DNA from: Amoebophrya sp. A120
Taxonomy: Eukaryota > Protista > Dinoflagellata
Length of the DNA: 64,000 bases
Assembly: GCA_905178155.1 (NCBI GenBank)
Contig: CAJINV010000006.1
Coordinates: 1,489,876-1,553,875, forward strand
Direction: 5' to 3'
Shown here: positions 13,500 to 25,445 of the stretch, in pieces
How the letters are laid out: each line of letters starts with the position of its first letter
How positions within the stretch are numbered: position 1 is the first letter of the stretch
Made by a program: the position numbers and the translations under genes
The notes under the pieces: generated by a model
Databases searched by the model: none
Seen by the model: the letters and a program-made list of their open reading frames with translations, nothing else
Told to the model about the DNA's origin: nothing

Positions 13500-14640
13500 A
13501 AGCCGTACGCCAGACATCGCCAACGGGTGAGGCCGCGACCTCGCGCTGGCCGCTTGCTTGCGTTGTAAAGTCTCGCGACCTCTGCGGCTACAGGCACGGC
13601 CGCAAAAGTTACAGGCCGGCCCCGGGCGGTTTTTTGGGCCCCGCCTCCGGGTGTTGGCGATCAGCATAGGCGCCCGGAGGATCGTGGTCGATTTCTTCTA
13701 CGGTTATGCCCAGTGCTCCGCCGCGATACGCCTGGTTTTTCTTCTTCGATCGGCGCCGCCCGCGGTTCGCCTGGCTGAGAGGACCGAGCAGCGGCAGAAG
13801 GCCCCCGGGCCACCCGCTACAAGCGCAGCGCCCAAGTGGAGGGGCGCCAGGGGTGCAGGGGCGTCGCGTCGCGCCCGCCCTGGGCCTCCTTGCCCCCCCC
13901 GGCCCGCCGGCGTTTGGGCCCAGGTTGTGAGCCCCGCCCGGGGGGGGGGGTGGGGCGCCGGGTCGGGTCGTGCCGGTTTCTGGGTGAGCGTTGCCGCCCC
14001 CTTGGGGCGGTGGTGGATCGGCTGCAGGAGCTCGATCCCCAGCAGGCAGGGAGGCAGCCCCCGAGAGGAAGAAGTCTCGCCTATCGTGCAGGGAGGCAGA
14101 AGGCTCGCCTATCGTGCAGCCCGGCCGGCGCGGCCGTCGGTCTGCGTCTAGGATAGGAAGGTCCCGCGTGTTCTCCCCCAGCGGAACAGAAGCCGCCGCC
14201 GCTGCGCGGCCGGGCCCTGTTCGTTGTCTGTGTTTTTTTCTTTGGAGCCTGGCGCCCTGGTGCCGCCCTTTGTTTGTGGGGCGGGGGGCGCCCACCTGGT
14301 GCCGGAGGGGGGGTGGCGCCTTGGGGCCGGCTCTGTGCCCTTGCCTCGCTCCGCTAGCCCGGCCGGGCGCTGTGTCTCTTCCGGCCGTGTGCTCTCTTGC
14401 CCCCCCGGACCGGGGTGGTGTTGCCCTTGAATAATTCGGGTTGGCGCCCCCCCGCCCAAACGCCGGGCCCGCCCCCCCGTCCTATCAGCGCCCCGGCCCG
14501 GGGCCGGGTGGGTGGCTGGGTGGTGTGTCGTTGCCAGATTCAGGCGCGCAGAGAGACATCCGCGCCGCCTGGCCACCCCTTGGGTGGCACGCGCGCCCGC
14601 GGACGGATCTTGGTGGGGCCGGGCCTAAGCGCAAATTAGT
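13500..14640. other. GC-rich intergenic block, probably transposon-derived
   Basis: Abrupt rise in GC, G/C homopolymer runs, short direct repeat CTCGCCTATCGTGCAG x2 (~14076-14120). Boundaries approximate. Confidence 0.4.
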
Positions 14641-14899
14641 GTATGAAGATTGGATACAATTTGGCCACGCGTTTGAAGGAGCCTTGAAACAAGCAAAGTA
14701 AGGAAAAATATTCAGGCAACATCATGCAAGCAAGGCGACGCAGAGCGCTTCCATCCATCGCAGAGGCAATAAGTGCTAGCAGATGCCTACTCGTTCCGAC
14801 AGTTCCAGGACCAGGCCTCTCTTATTCTCTGTGAATGTTGTTCCCCCCGCCACCGTTCAGATAACAGGCCATCCAAGGAGGTAGGCCCCTCCTCCCAAA

Positions 14900-15667
14900 A
14901 TGAATATGATCCCGTCTTTGCTACCCGTAGAAGTTACAGACGCCAGACGTAGATCTTCTTCTTCTTCGTTGCGTGAAAATAAGATAGACAAGAGCTATGC
15001 TGTCACCAAGAAACGCAATCTATTGCGCACTGCCCTACCAGACGAAGTCTTGCCGTATTCCTCAAAGGTAGGAGGTCAACTAGAAGAACAATTATTCAGT
15101 CCTGCTCGCCCTGATGCGACGTTTTTGAAGAATGAGAAAAATTTTAGAAAGCCAACCGTAGGTAGCTCCTTTGATGGCTTGTTGGAACCTAAAAAGAGTA
15201 ACGATGTTGACGAGAAAGTTGTAAAGCTGGACACAAATAAACGTCGTGGTGTTGAGAACAACAAGCACGATGCTGAAGATTATGTCGAGTTGCAGCTATT
15301 GCCAAAAAGAAGTACTGGTAGAAGCACAGCAGTAGAATTTGACGCAGCCTGTGCTTCTGCAGATGAAAATCAATTTCAATTTCGTCCAAACCAACCTAAT
15401 TGTAGAACCTTTGGAGAAGTACAACTAGCAGTAGGACGAGTTGTAGATTATGCAAAGAACGACCCTAAAAATCAAGGACGTAGAACAGCAACTGGCCGCT
15501 GCACGAGTAGAGCCGAAAACTCCTACTTGAAATTTACCACCGCCTCGGTTCCCTTCGGGAGCACCCCTGGACTTGTCGTGGACGACAGTCTAAAGCGGTT
15601 GAAAAATGAGCAGAAACTGAGTAAAGACCTCAACACGCGCCTTGTTCAGGAGAAGGAAGCACGGGAA
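14900..15667 (+). CDS. Upstream coding segment (256 codons), in frame with centrin once insert 15668-15903 (+5 nt) is removed
   Basis: Long ATG-initiated open frame; junction reads KEARE|NKMNRTRG. No recognisable domain. Confidence 0.5.
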
Positions 15668-15903
15668 TATGACAGTGCACAAAGACCCCCCGCCCTCGTC
15701 CTCACTTGCATGTTGGCAAGAACAGCAACACAAGCAACGGCAGCTATGTGGCTTCCGCATGACAAACACGCGCACGGATCATTGTAGTACTATTTGGAAA
15801 TATCATTCCGAAATTTGGCGTGCAGGCACTGCCTCAGGGCAGGATGTGGGCTTGGTGTTTTGCATTAAAAATGAGGGAGAGGGTGGAGCTGTGCACTCTC
15901 ATA
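15668..15903. mobile_element. Introner, family C
   Basis: TIR; DR GGGAA/CGGAA. Confidence 0.87.
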
Positions 15904-15914
15904 CGGAAAACAAG

Positions 15915-18900
15915 ATGAACAGAACGAGGGGCAGAACGACGAAACACGTCGTCAATCCAGCAAGCAAGAAGGGGCTCGGTACTTTTTTGGATGTAGAGCT
16001 GTTTGTCATGCGCAGTTTACTTACAGAATGGAAGTTTGTCATGCATTAATGCCACGACGAACAAGAGATTTCTGAAATTATCAGATGACGAGCAGCTAGA
16101 GGAGCTTCGGGAAGCTTTTAACCTCTTCGACGCCGACCGATCTGGGGTCATTGACGCGAGGGAATTGAAGGCAGCAATACGAGCGCTTGGTATATAATCG
16201 CAGAGGTGCATTGTAGTGTTTTTCTTTTTGTTTATGTTTTACTCCGAAAGCGGGGGTTCCAGGGTCCGGGTTGCCGAACCCGTGCAGAACTTGCGGAGAA
16301 CTCGGCTGCGCGTGTTTCTTGTCTAGAATATTAGAGCCTGCCGGCGGTCTTTGAAATATGATGACGATCCCGATGATGCAGCACTCCGCGAAAGTGAGGC
16401 GGGCATTCGCGTTGAGACTTCCCGTTACGCCTGAGACTCCTAGGCGGCGCGCCATTTTGCGGCGGGGGGCATCTGTGTTTCCGCTCCGCGCGCCCTTCCT
16501 CATCGGTAGTTTCCCGCGCCAAGTCTTGAAGGCAGGCTGCCGGGGCCGTCCGCTTGCGCCTTTGGTTTCCTCGGCATTTTGTTGGCCACATGCGCGCGAT
16601 CTGCGCACTTTTGCAAAGAAGTTGCTGCAGTACCATCGTGTAACGTACGTTACACGATGGCGCTCTGCTTGTTTGCCTTATCGCTTGCCGGCCAGCCTAA
16701 CCAGGGTAGAGAGCCCTGCTTTTAGCCTGTCCATGGCAGCATCGTGAGTAAAGTTAGCCACGGCGGAAGTGCGTTGCTTTGGTTGTTTTCGCAGCTTCGG
16801 GCGCAGTGTGCTACGCCTGGGAGTGAAGGCCGGACGGTGTGGCTAACGACTCCACAGGCGTGCCAGAGGCCCACCAGAGTAGGGTAGCTTCCAGCTGCGC
16901 GGCTCGGTTTGGACGGTTGTAGATGGGGCGCCGCGGTTGCAGCCTGGGGCCCTGTTACCCAAGAAAACCGGCCACGGCTCTCATGCGCCAGAATTTGAGC
17001 CAGAACTTGATCCAGAACTTGCTCCAGAACTTGTTCCAGAACTTGTCTCAGAACTTGTCTCAGAACTTGTCGCAGAACTTGTTCCAGAACTTGCCTCAGA
17101 ACTTGCCAGGAGCTTGATTTTGTGCCCTTTTTTGGCCCACCTTTTTGTCCCGTACCACGACGGCACGGCCGTTTTTTCCCCTTCTTTTTTCCGGCCCCCG
17201 AAAACCGTCTCGGCAAGTTCCTGAACAAGTTCTGAGACAAGTTCTGGGACACACGAGCTCGGCGACAAGTTCTGGACCAAGTTCTGCGCCAAGTTCTGAG
17301 GCTCGCAAGTTCCGGGAAGAGTTGGGGCTCTGGAGCAAGTCCCGCAGCAAGTTCCCGAACAAGCCCCGGGGCAATTCGCGCCGTAACACGTTCCCGCGCT
17401 AGCGCCCCCCCCCAGCAAGCCCTTTGGGAAGTATATTCGGAGCAAGCGAGCCCCACCACGGGGCCCGCGGGCGAGCGTGGTTCGGGCCCTGTTGCTGGGA
17501 GGAGTGCTATGTCGGATCGAGCGCGCCGGCTTTTGCCGCTGCATGCCAGCGGCGTGCTCTTGGGGGCGGCGCGCTGCGGGGGCGCGGCCAGGCAGACAGC
17601 CCCGCAGCGAGCCTTGTCGGCCGGCCACATCTTCGGCGCCCCGGGGTTTTTTTGAATGGATTGTGGGTACAGGGATGCGGTGTTCCGCGCTTTGGCAGTG
17701 GAGCCGGTCTGGGTGTTCGGCGCAGTCTTTTCCCCCCTCGGCAGGCGAGCGGCGTAGGTGGGCCGGGCCCTGGCGCCGAGTGGCCCCCCGGAGTGTTTTC
17801 TTTGTTGTCATTGCCTCGCGGGCCGCTGAAGCGCGTTGCTTTATTCCCCGTTTGCCCAGCAAGCGAAGCCGCGTGCCACCGTGTAACGCGCGTTACACGC
17901 TGGCGCTGGCCTTTCGCCTGAGAAGGCTGGCTAAGCAGGCAGGACGCTCGAAACTCGCTCACTGGCCGCGCGGGGCCCTACTGCTTTGACCCTCCCGGAA
18001 ACGGGCCGAACAAGTTCCGCGCAAGATCTGCGCGAATTCGGGGCACCATACATCTAGACCCATGCTTTATTATGTTTTCGCAAAATTTGTGATGCATGCT
18101 TCTCTAGAGCCTACGATACTTATTGCGGAGTTATTTGTGATGCGATATCAAGATGACTATCCTGCTCTGTATTGCAAAAGAACATTTACAACAAACCCCT
18201 CAGGTTTCGTCGTGAAGAAAGAGCAAGTCCGGCAGATGCTCCGAGACGTTGGCCGCGACGTTAGTACGCATTGCAAATATGTCTGGGGGTGGAAGATTGC
18301 GGCTTGTGATGCTGGCTTTGGATTTAAAACAAAGCCTGTATTGCATGACCAGCAACAGGGATCCAGTTTGTGTTTGTGCTACCCGGACGAGAAGGTATTT
18401 CTCATGCGGGATAAGCATCAAGAGGCCCACCTCGCCTCGTAAAAATATTTGATGCTAGAGCATGCATCAGAGACATCAAGGGTCATCATGCAAAATGTGC
18501 ATGACAAGCGTTTCACATTTCGTCCACACCCAGGCATATTTGCATTTGATAGTTGGTTCCCAGATAACATTCGAGGACTTCGCGAAGATCATGGCGGGGA
18601 AGATGGGCGACAGGAATAGTCGAGAGGAAATTAACAAAATTTTCAAGCTCTTCGACGAGGACGCCAGCGGCAAAATCTCGTTCCGAAATCTAAAACGAAT
18701 CTATCAGAGTGCAGAACTCCCCCTGCCCCTCATTTGTATTGCATGAAAAGCATTACAAGCCCCAGCACAGGTGGACCCTGTGCATGACAAGTTCAGGAGC
18801 CGAGTGTAGTACTGTTTGGATTGTTTTCGGAATTTGTCATGCACGCGGTGCCACAAGGTAGCAACAGGATTTGGGTTTTTGCATGACAAATGAGGGGGAG

Positions 18901-19357
18901 AAGTAGTTGTGCACTGTCATAGAATCGCGCAGGAGATAGGCGAGAGTTTGAACGACGATGAGTTACAGGAGATGATTATCAAGCAAAAAAGTGTTAACGT
19001 TGATGGTTTTCACAAATGGCAGCTACGCATTACAAATTTTGCCTTCATTGCATGCTACGCAATACAAATTTGGACACCCTTTCTGATGCGTTACTGCATC
19101 ACAAATTCCGTTAACGTTAACGCTTTTTCTTGTGATACTGATAGACGAGGCCGACCGGGACGGGGACGGGCTGATCAATCCGGACGAGTTTTACCGTATT
19201 TTTATATTTGGAGTGATGTGAATCTGTGATGCGAGACTGGGTTGCTTGGTTTGATTTGTGATGCGAAAATGGAAATGAAAGCAAAAACACGACCACAGGT
19301 GTAATGCGCAAGCGTGGTGACAATCCACTCGACGACTTTGATACGGATGACGATTAG
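15915..19357 (+). CDS. Centrin (4 EF-hand), 178 aa from ATG 15915; possible 258-aa N-terminal extension from ATG 14900
   Basis: Exons 15915-15978, 16085-16189, 18204-18264, 18557-18701, 18927-18976, 19143-19195, 19299-19357 (537 nt). Reads [39 protein letters not shown]...[73 protein letters not shown]. Confidence 0.95.
15979..16084 (+). other. Canonical GT-AG intron in centrin (106 nt)
   Basis: GTACTT...TATCAG; removal gives KKGLDDEQ. Confidence 0.88.
16270..18045. mobile_element. ~1.8-kb GC-rich insertion with foldback features inside the long centrin intron
   Basis: Imperfect inverted ends (GCAGAACTTGCGGAGAACT versus AGTTCCGCGCAAGATCTGC), internal opposed 12-mer arrays and two related palindromes. 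Boundaries approximate. Confidence 0.55.
16990..17365. repeat. Opposed 12-bp tandem arrays
   Basis: About 10 copies of CAGAACTTGnnn at ~16990-17110 face degenerate CAAGTTCTGnnn copies at ~17213-17365. Confidence 0.85.
18265..18551. mobile_element. Introner, family A
   Basis: TIR (TAC start); DR GTTAG/GTTGG; frame restored. Confidence 0.9.
18702..18921. mobile_element. Introner, family C
   Basis: TIR; DR GAATC/GAATC; restores LKRIAQE. Confidence 0.93.
18977..19137. mobile_element. Introner, family F (TAT..AAAAAAGTGTTA)
   Basis: TIR; DR ATGAT/CTGAT; restores EMIDEAD. Confidence 0.92.
19196..19298 (+). other. Canonical GT-AG intron in centrin (103 nt)
   Basis: GTATTT...CCACAG; removal gives EFYRVMRKR. 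Confidence 0.88.
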
Positions 19358-19376
19358 AGAGGTTGTAGCTGCTCCC

Positions 19377-19524
19377 TACCCTGTGCAAAAGTATCGTATT
19401 CGTATTGCAATCATGCATTACAAATCTGCTTCTTAAGGTCAGTCCGCATTACAAATTTTGTTTCTCATGCTGATGAACTTTGTAATGCATCATTTATACG
19501 AGTACGATACTTTTGCAATGCATA
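19377..19524. mobile_element. Introner, family B, in the presumed centrin 3' UTR
   Basis: TIR; DR CTCCC/CTACC; starts 20 nt after the stop codon. Confidence 0.85.
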
Positions 19525-20448
19525 CTACCTGCGGTAGTTTATTGTCGTGCTGGGATGAGCTGCTGCTGCACAACAAAGATTTGTGTAAATCTCAGAACCA
19601 CGACGACCCGCATGAGGAAGTGAATTCATCCTCCTGCACGCCGAATTTGTGAAAGTTGTCCATAATTCAATTTCATCTGTTTTTTTACTTGAAAGAAATC
19701 TTGTTGGAAATGGAACCGGAGTCCTACTGCTATTAGACTCAGAATTCATTATTTCGCCGGGTCATACTTACAATCTATGTACGCCAAGTACGCTATGAAT
19801 AGAACCACGGACGAGTAAGAAAAACAAATTTATCAAAGCAAACAACACGACAGAAATAAAAAACATCACACCATACCACGAGAACAAAGTCGCAGTGTGG
19901 ATCTTGTGGATGCTATTGAATTTTGCCTATTCATCGCTTTATTTTTTTCCTCCGGCGCACAGCAAGGACCTGTGGGGGAAAAAGCACGAAATAAACCAAT
20001 GTAGATTTTAGTTGTAGCTTCGCAATTGAAAAAAAAAAGACGCAAAGACGTCTAGGACTACAAAAATTACATAGCCTTTGCTTCCTTCTCAAGAAGCTTG
20101 TTGCAGTGAAATGCTGCCAGAATTGAAGGATAGCGGCATGCATTCTCATACATTCATGATGTTCTGGTCTTTGTTTGCCACCCCCGCCACCGCTAGTTGT
20201 AGATCTCCATTTTTAAGTGTTTCTTGCCCAGGATTTTGTTTTTTTCCACACTGAAGTCCATTACTGTGCCTGTTTGGAAGAAGATCTTCACAGCGGTGGT
20301 TTTTGCTTTTGCTAAGGCAACAAAGTGTGAATGAAAATTGAGAATCTTTCTTCGCCAGCCTCAACCCTGAGTATTTTCAGTATCAGCAACAGAAATCCAG
20401 CAGCACATAACAGTAGAAAAACAAAAATTGCACACGAAATAAAGTACG

Positions 20449-22138
20449 ATGCCGCCCTCAACACGAAAGCCTTCTACAGCTTCTGGTGCTTCCAAATCTA
20501 GGAGCAACAAGAAGAGCCCAGCGCCGGCGAGCAAGAGTATGAAGAAGGTTGTAAGAGGCGCTACACCGCCGGTTTTAAAACACGCTTCGTCCACCTCGAA
20601 GTCAGCGATGAAGAAAACAAGCACCGCAGCAGCATCGAAAGCGAAGTCAGGATCTTCACGAAGCCGGGGGAAAAATCCAATAGATACCAGCAAATCAACG
20701 TCCCGAGGCAGATCAAGAGCGGTGTCTACTTCGAAAAACCGATCCGGAAATAAGACGTCTCGGCTTGTTTCTCCATCCGCGGCAACTACTACAAGGGTAG
20801 CTCTCTCCCCAAACACGAAGCAAAGATTGACGAACAGCAAGAACCGCAAGACGATTTTGAAGTTTTACCTCTTCGGGTTCAGTTTCATCGCAACTGCTGG
20901 TTTTCTGTTCAGTTACGTGTTGCCGCCCTTGTCCTCGGTGAAAGCCTGTGATGAACTGGTGAACAAAATCGGGTTTCAAAATTTCTGGTTCCACCCGGAA
21001 AAAGAATTAGTGGCGTTCAACTGCTTGTCAAAGTACAAAGAGGAGCACGAATTCTACTTGTACATCGGGTTTTGTTTCCTGTATTTGTCCATGCAGTCCT
21101 TCGTGATCCCCGGGACGCTGCTGTTGTCGATCTTGTCCGGCGCTTTATTCCCGTTTTTCGTCGCGGAATTCCTCGTGGCCGTCTGCTATGAAATGCAAAA
21201 GGATCGTACTAGGATAAATCGCATGACAAACTTCCTCAGCACGACGAGAAATGAAATTTCCAATGCGGATTCCACTTGAGAAAGAAATTTGTAATGCATG
21301 AATGCGATTCGTACGAGTACGATACTTCTGCACAGGATATCTGCGCCACGACGGGCGCAACCATCTCCTTCCTGATCAGCAAGGTGATCTATCGTAAGGA
21401 AAAATCCTCCCTCCCTATACCGAAATGGAAATCTGTGATGCGGGATTTGTGTACACAAATCGGCTTTGTCTTGCAGTAGAGGACTGCAGGCAGTACGCAC
21501 CTAGCAAGGCAGGCATACTCCGCAGGCCCTACAGCATTACAAATTGCCTACAGGACGCGGCGAAGTTTTTGGGTTTGCCTTCTTGCAATACGGCGCCGAT
21601 TTGCGGTCTCAAATCAGCATCACAAATTTTTCAGAAGTAACCCGGTTTGGTATGGGGAGGGAGGATGTTCCCTCACAATATGATCGGCCAGGCGTTTTTA
21701 GACTACTTCAAACTAGATTTGGATTTAATCACGGAGAAACTGCATTCGCTCATGGGGGAAGAAGGAGGAGGAGACGCTTCTAGCACTGGCGGTCACAGCA
21801 AGAATGCCGGGAGCAAATCCTCGGGCAAGGGTGGCAAAAAGAACCTCAGCCAGGAGCATAAATCCCTCGTCATCCCACTGACCTTACTCCGCGTCACGCC
21901 CTTTCCGAACCTACTACTCAACATCGGCGCCCCGCACGTCGGGATTCACGCGTTTGAGTTTTATTTTAGCACCCTGCTCGGGTTGGTGCCGCTAAACACG
22001 GTGCACATTCTGTCCGGAAGAGCTTTAGCGGAGTTCGGAAAAGTGGAAAAAGGACCGGTGTTGAGCATCATGGGCGTTGGGACGGTTTTGCTGGTAGCGG
22101 TTTTGTTGTGGAAAAGGAGGAAGGTGAAAAGTGAATGA
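20449..22138 (+). CDS. TMEM41: TMEM41/VMP1/DedA-type (VTT, SNARE-associated) membrane protein with basic N-terminal extension, ~411 aa
   Basis: Exons 20449-21186, 21345-21389, 21686-22138 (1236 nt). Motifs QSFVIPGTLLLSILSGALF, AVC|ATTGATISFLIS and LRVTPFPNLLLNIGAP. Confidence 0.88.
21187..21339. mobile_element. Introner, family B
   Basis: TIR; DR TCTGC/TCTGC. Confidence 0.92.
21390..21680. mobile_element. Introner, family D (TATC..GAAAAATCC-C-rich)
   Basis: TIR; DR TGATC/TGATC. Confidence 0.9.
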
Positions 22139-22951
22139 GTAGTGTCCGTCTATTTACTTATTAGTGCGCTGACTTTGATGTCCACTTGACAATTTCCATT
22201 CATCTGGTCCTCGTAAAAGTGTAGTCCGCACCGGAAGTGGTACGACCTTTCTCGTCCGCTTGGAATGTAGGTCTGATATTACTCCACCGCCGTCGAAGAA
22301 CCGGTGTTGTTGTCAATCAGATTCAGAAATGCTCTTGGAGGTGACCAATGGACTAGTTCGAAATTCTAAGTGCCTGCCTCCTCCTCGAAGATCACTGCTC
22401 TTCATGATGACGAAAATTGATGACAAGGGCCAGATCGGAATTAAAAGGTGCTTTAGTACAAGAATGTGCACGACAACAAGAGCAAATTTGATATAGACAG
22501 CGAAATAAACTCGTTGCTCTTGCTGCTGCAGATCACCAAGATCAGTGTAAAAAATTCTCTGCCCTGGTACACAATTGTTGTGAAGATGATCCACTTTCAA
22601 CATTTTTTGTTTAATGCACGCAAGGCAATGCCCATTTAGCATAGCAGATGGTTCCAAAATGGCCACTGTATTTGCTCTTCACGGTCGATGTTTTCCCTGG
22701 ATTCATTCGCTACTTCGCGCACTGGCATTTGCTTCATTGTGTTAGTATACCAAAGCGGAAACGACAGGCCGAGGCACCAGCGGAACATGGGACAAGCACA
22801 GGACTTAGATCTAAAAAGAAGAGATATTGATCGGCACTAGAACTACAGCAGGCGTTCGTTCTCTTCGTAATATTCTCATCCACCGGCACCGATACAACAT
22901 TTTCATTACTGTCCAACTTTCAAGAACCAATAGTCACAGAAAAACTCTAAA

Positions 22952-25445
22952 ATGCCCTCCGTCTCCTGGAAAACGAAAAACCGGCTCCGTCGGCACGGCG
23001 TGGTGAAAAACAACTACGCCTTTTCAGATGAAGAGGAAGTCGAAGTTGTTACCACGACGACAAAAACTTCTACCCAAGGACGACGAGGAGGAGGACGAGG
23101 AGACCCTAGAAGTCGCAGAGAGGGAGAGCAGGTGGGTCAAAAGCAGGTCGGGTCTTACTATGGCAAAAGTGCTAGAAACGCAACTTCGTCGCACAACAAG
23201 AAGGCCCACCAGAACAGCGACGGCATAACTTCTGGCTCCGAGCAGAGCTGCGATAGTTCGGAACAGGATGAGGATAGTATTAACTCCAGCGAGGAACACG
23301 AACTAGATGAAGCTGATGAATCTCCACTGCAAGATGACACATCCGCTTCCATCAACACGAAGATGCAAACCAAAGTGTGCATGTTTGAATTTAAGCAAAA
23401 CGACCCGAAGATGGACACAGGCATGAAAATCTGCCGGCTGGGCTTAGCCACCGCCCGGTCGGTTTCTGGTAACGGCGGTGGAGGAGGATCATCTTCTTCG
23501 GCGACCAGCTCCTCTTACCAGGGAATTGTCCTGTCCTCCGAAATATCAAATGCAAAAATCCCTCGACGTCTGGAAGGTTGGAGCTTGTGATGCTAACTTT
23601 GGACTCTACAAAAATCTGTATTGCATGATCAGCAACAGGAGTCTAGTTTGTGCTACGCGGGGCGGGCATTTGTCATGCGGAATAGGCATCAGGAGGTTTT
23701 CTAAAAATCTGTGATGCTAGGTCATGCATTACAGACATCCTGGGTCATGCAGAATATGCATGACAAACCCGGAAACATTCCAGACCCAGACACTTTTGCA
23801 TTTGATACGAAACCTCCGTCTGCATCTCCCCCAAAGACCGGGACATTATCGAAAAGTCCGGGATTGCGGGCATTAATTGCAGCTGGATATGAATTGCAAA
23901 AGCTTCGTACTAGTGTGAATTGCATTACAAATTTCCTCAGCATGAAAAATCGAATTTGTAATGCTGTTTGACCTTAGAAAAAAGATTTGTTATGCATAAC
24001 TGCAATTACTACGAGTGCGATTCTTTTGCAATGCATACTGAAACCGGTTAACCGAAATCCCGTTTCAGAAGTTGGGAAAACAAAAAAACCACAGAACCTT
24101 ACCCTATTTACTAGCCGCCAACGACACCAACTACGGGAAACCCTACAAACTCTCCACCGCCGAGGCGATTGCGGCCTGTCTGTGGGTGACGGGGTTCAAG
24201 AAAGATGCGGAGTTGATTCTTTCAAAATTTAAGTTCGGCGACCATTTTATCGATTTGAACCGGGAATTTCTGGAGCTCTACAGTTGCGGAGGTAATGGGG
24301 ATCGAAGCTGCGACAGCTCGGTCGTGCGAAAGTTGGAGAGAACGGTGATCGAGAACCGGGAGCGACAGAGGGCGGAACTGCGGCAAGGGGCCGTTGGGTA
24401 TGAGGACATTTACGGGGAGTTGGGGCTGAGTGACAGTGAAGATGATTGTTCTGATTGTAGCGAGGAGGAAGAGGAGGAGGATTCTGACTGCGATATTAAA
24501 AGTTGTGAAGATTCTGACTGCAGCGACGAAGAAGATCCGGAAGTCCAGTACCAGAAGCACCTGCGGAGCTTGCGCCGTGGACAACAACAACTACAGGGGT
24601 CCTCCTGTTCGGATGAAGAGGACCACGTGGAGGAAGACGCTTCACAGGAAAGAGTACGACGACGAGACAAGGACGATTCTGATTCCAACGCAGACGAAGA
24701 GGACATTCTAACTGGCGACAGTGAAGAAGATCAAGAAGAAGAAGATGAACCTGGTTGTGGCGGCAAAAACAAGTCGTCGACATCATTCACCCCCGCTGCA
24801 GTTCCAAAACTGAAAACGCTTTTCCAGGAGGATTTGGATCAAGATGTCAACACGAATTACAGTAAAAGTTGTGCCCCTACTTCCAGTGCTCGAGTGCGGT
24901 TTGACCGGAAGGATGTTGACGGAAAGAACATCAAGAAAGGAGCTCCCAGAGAACAACAGCAGCAGCTTCTTGCCGAAGCAGCAGGTGCTCCTGGCAACCG
25001 GCAGATAAGAGATATGTCTTCTGCAGAGGACAGCAGAAGTGGAACGAGCAGTAGTTCATCCGACTCCTCATTTCATCTAGCGACGCCGAGCAACGGCACT
25101 AGCGAGGAAGAAGATAATATCGAGGCATTGGAGCAAATCGACCCGTTTCAAGAGTTAGCGAGTCCTCGAGCAGCAGCTTCTCAACATTCTTTAACCACAA
25201 GAACTCCGGAACAGGTTGTAAAGAGCCATAGAAGCTGCAGTGGCCGCCAAGAGCGCGAACTACCTGTCACCACGGATCTGCGACGAGGAAGGAAAGGTGA
25301 GGGCGACGAGCTCGAGCACGACGAGGGCGAAGGTGCTGCAAATAAAGCAGCGAAAAACAAGAAGTCACCCAAGAATGCGCAAGGACAAGAACCCCGCCCG
25401 CCGGTTCAACATCTCAGGGAAACGCTCTTGCCTCGACTAGACTGA
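22952..25445 (+). CDS. TSR3: 18S rRNA aminocarboxypropyltransferase Tsr3 with acidic low-complexity extensions, ~689 aa
   Basis: Exons 22952-23543, 23813-23887, 24043-25445 (2070 nt). Motifs QNDPKMDTGMK, ISPKDRDII..GIAGINCSW and RTLPYLLAANDTNYGKPYKLSTAEAIAA. Confidence 0.93.
23544..23807. mobile_element. Introner, family A
   Basis: TIR; DR CGAAA/CGAAA. Confidence 0.92.
23888..24037. mobile_element. Introner, family B
   Basis: TIR; DR CTGGA/CTGAA; restores CSWNRL. Confidence 0.92.

Larger units (their letters stand above)
16190..18203 (+). other. Canonical GT-AG intron in centrin (2014 nt), expanded by a GC-rich insertion
   Basis: GTATAT...CCTCAG; removal gives [12 protein letters not shown]. 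Confidence 0.88.

Noticed and set aside
16990-17365. CRISPR-like array (also the spaced repeats at 30620-30915)
   Set aside because: Units are abutting 12-mers or have mutually similar spacers; eukaryotic context; no cas genes.
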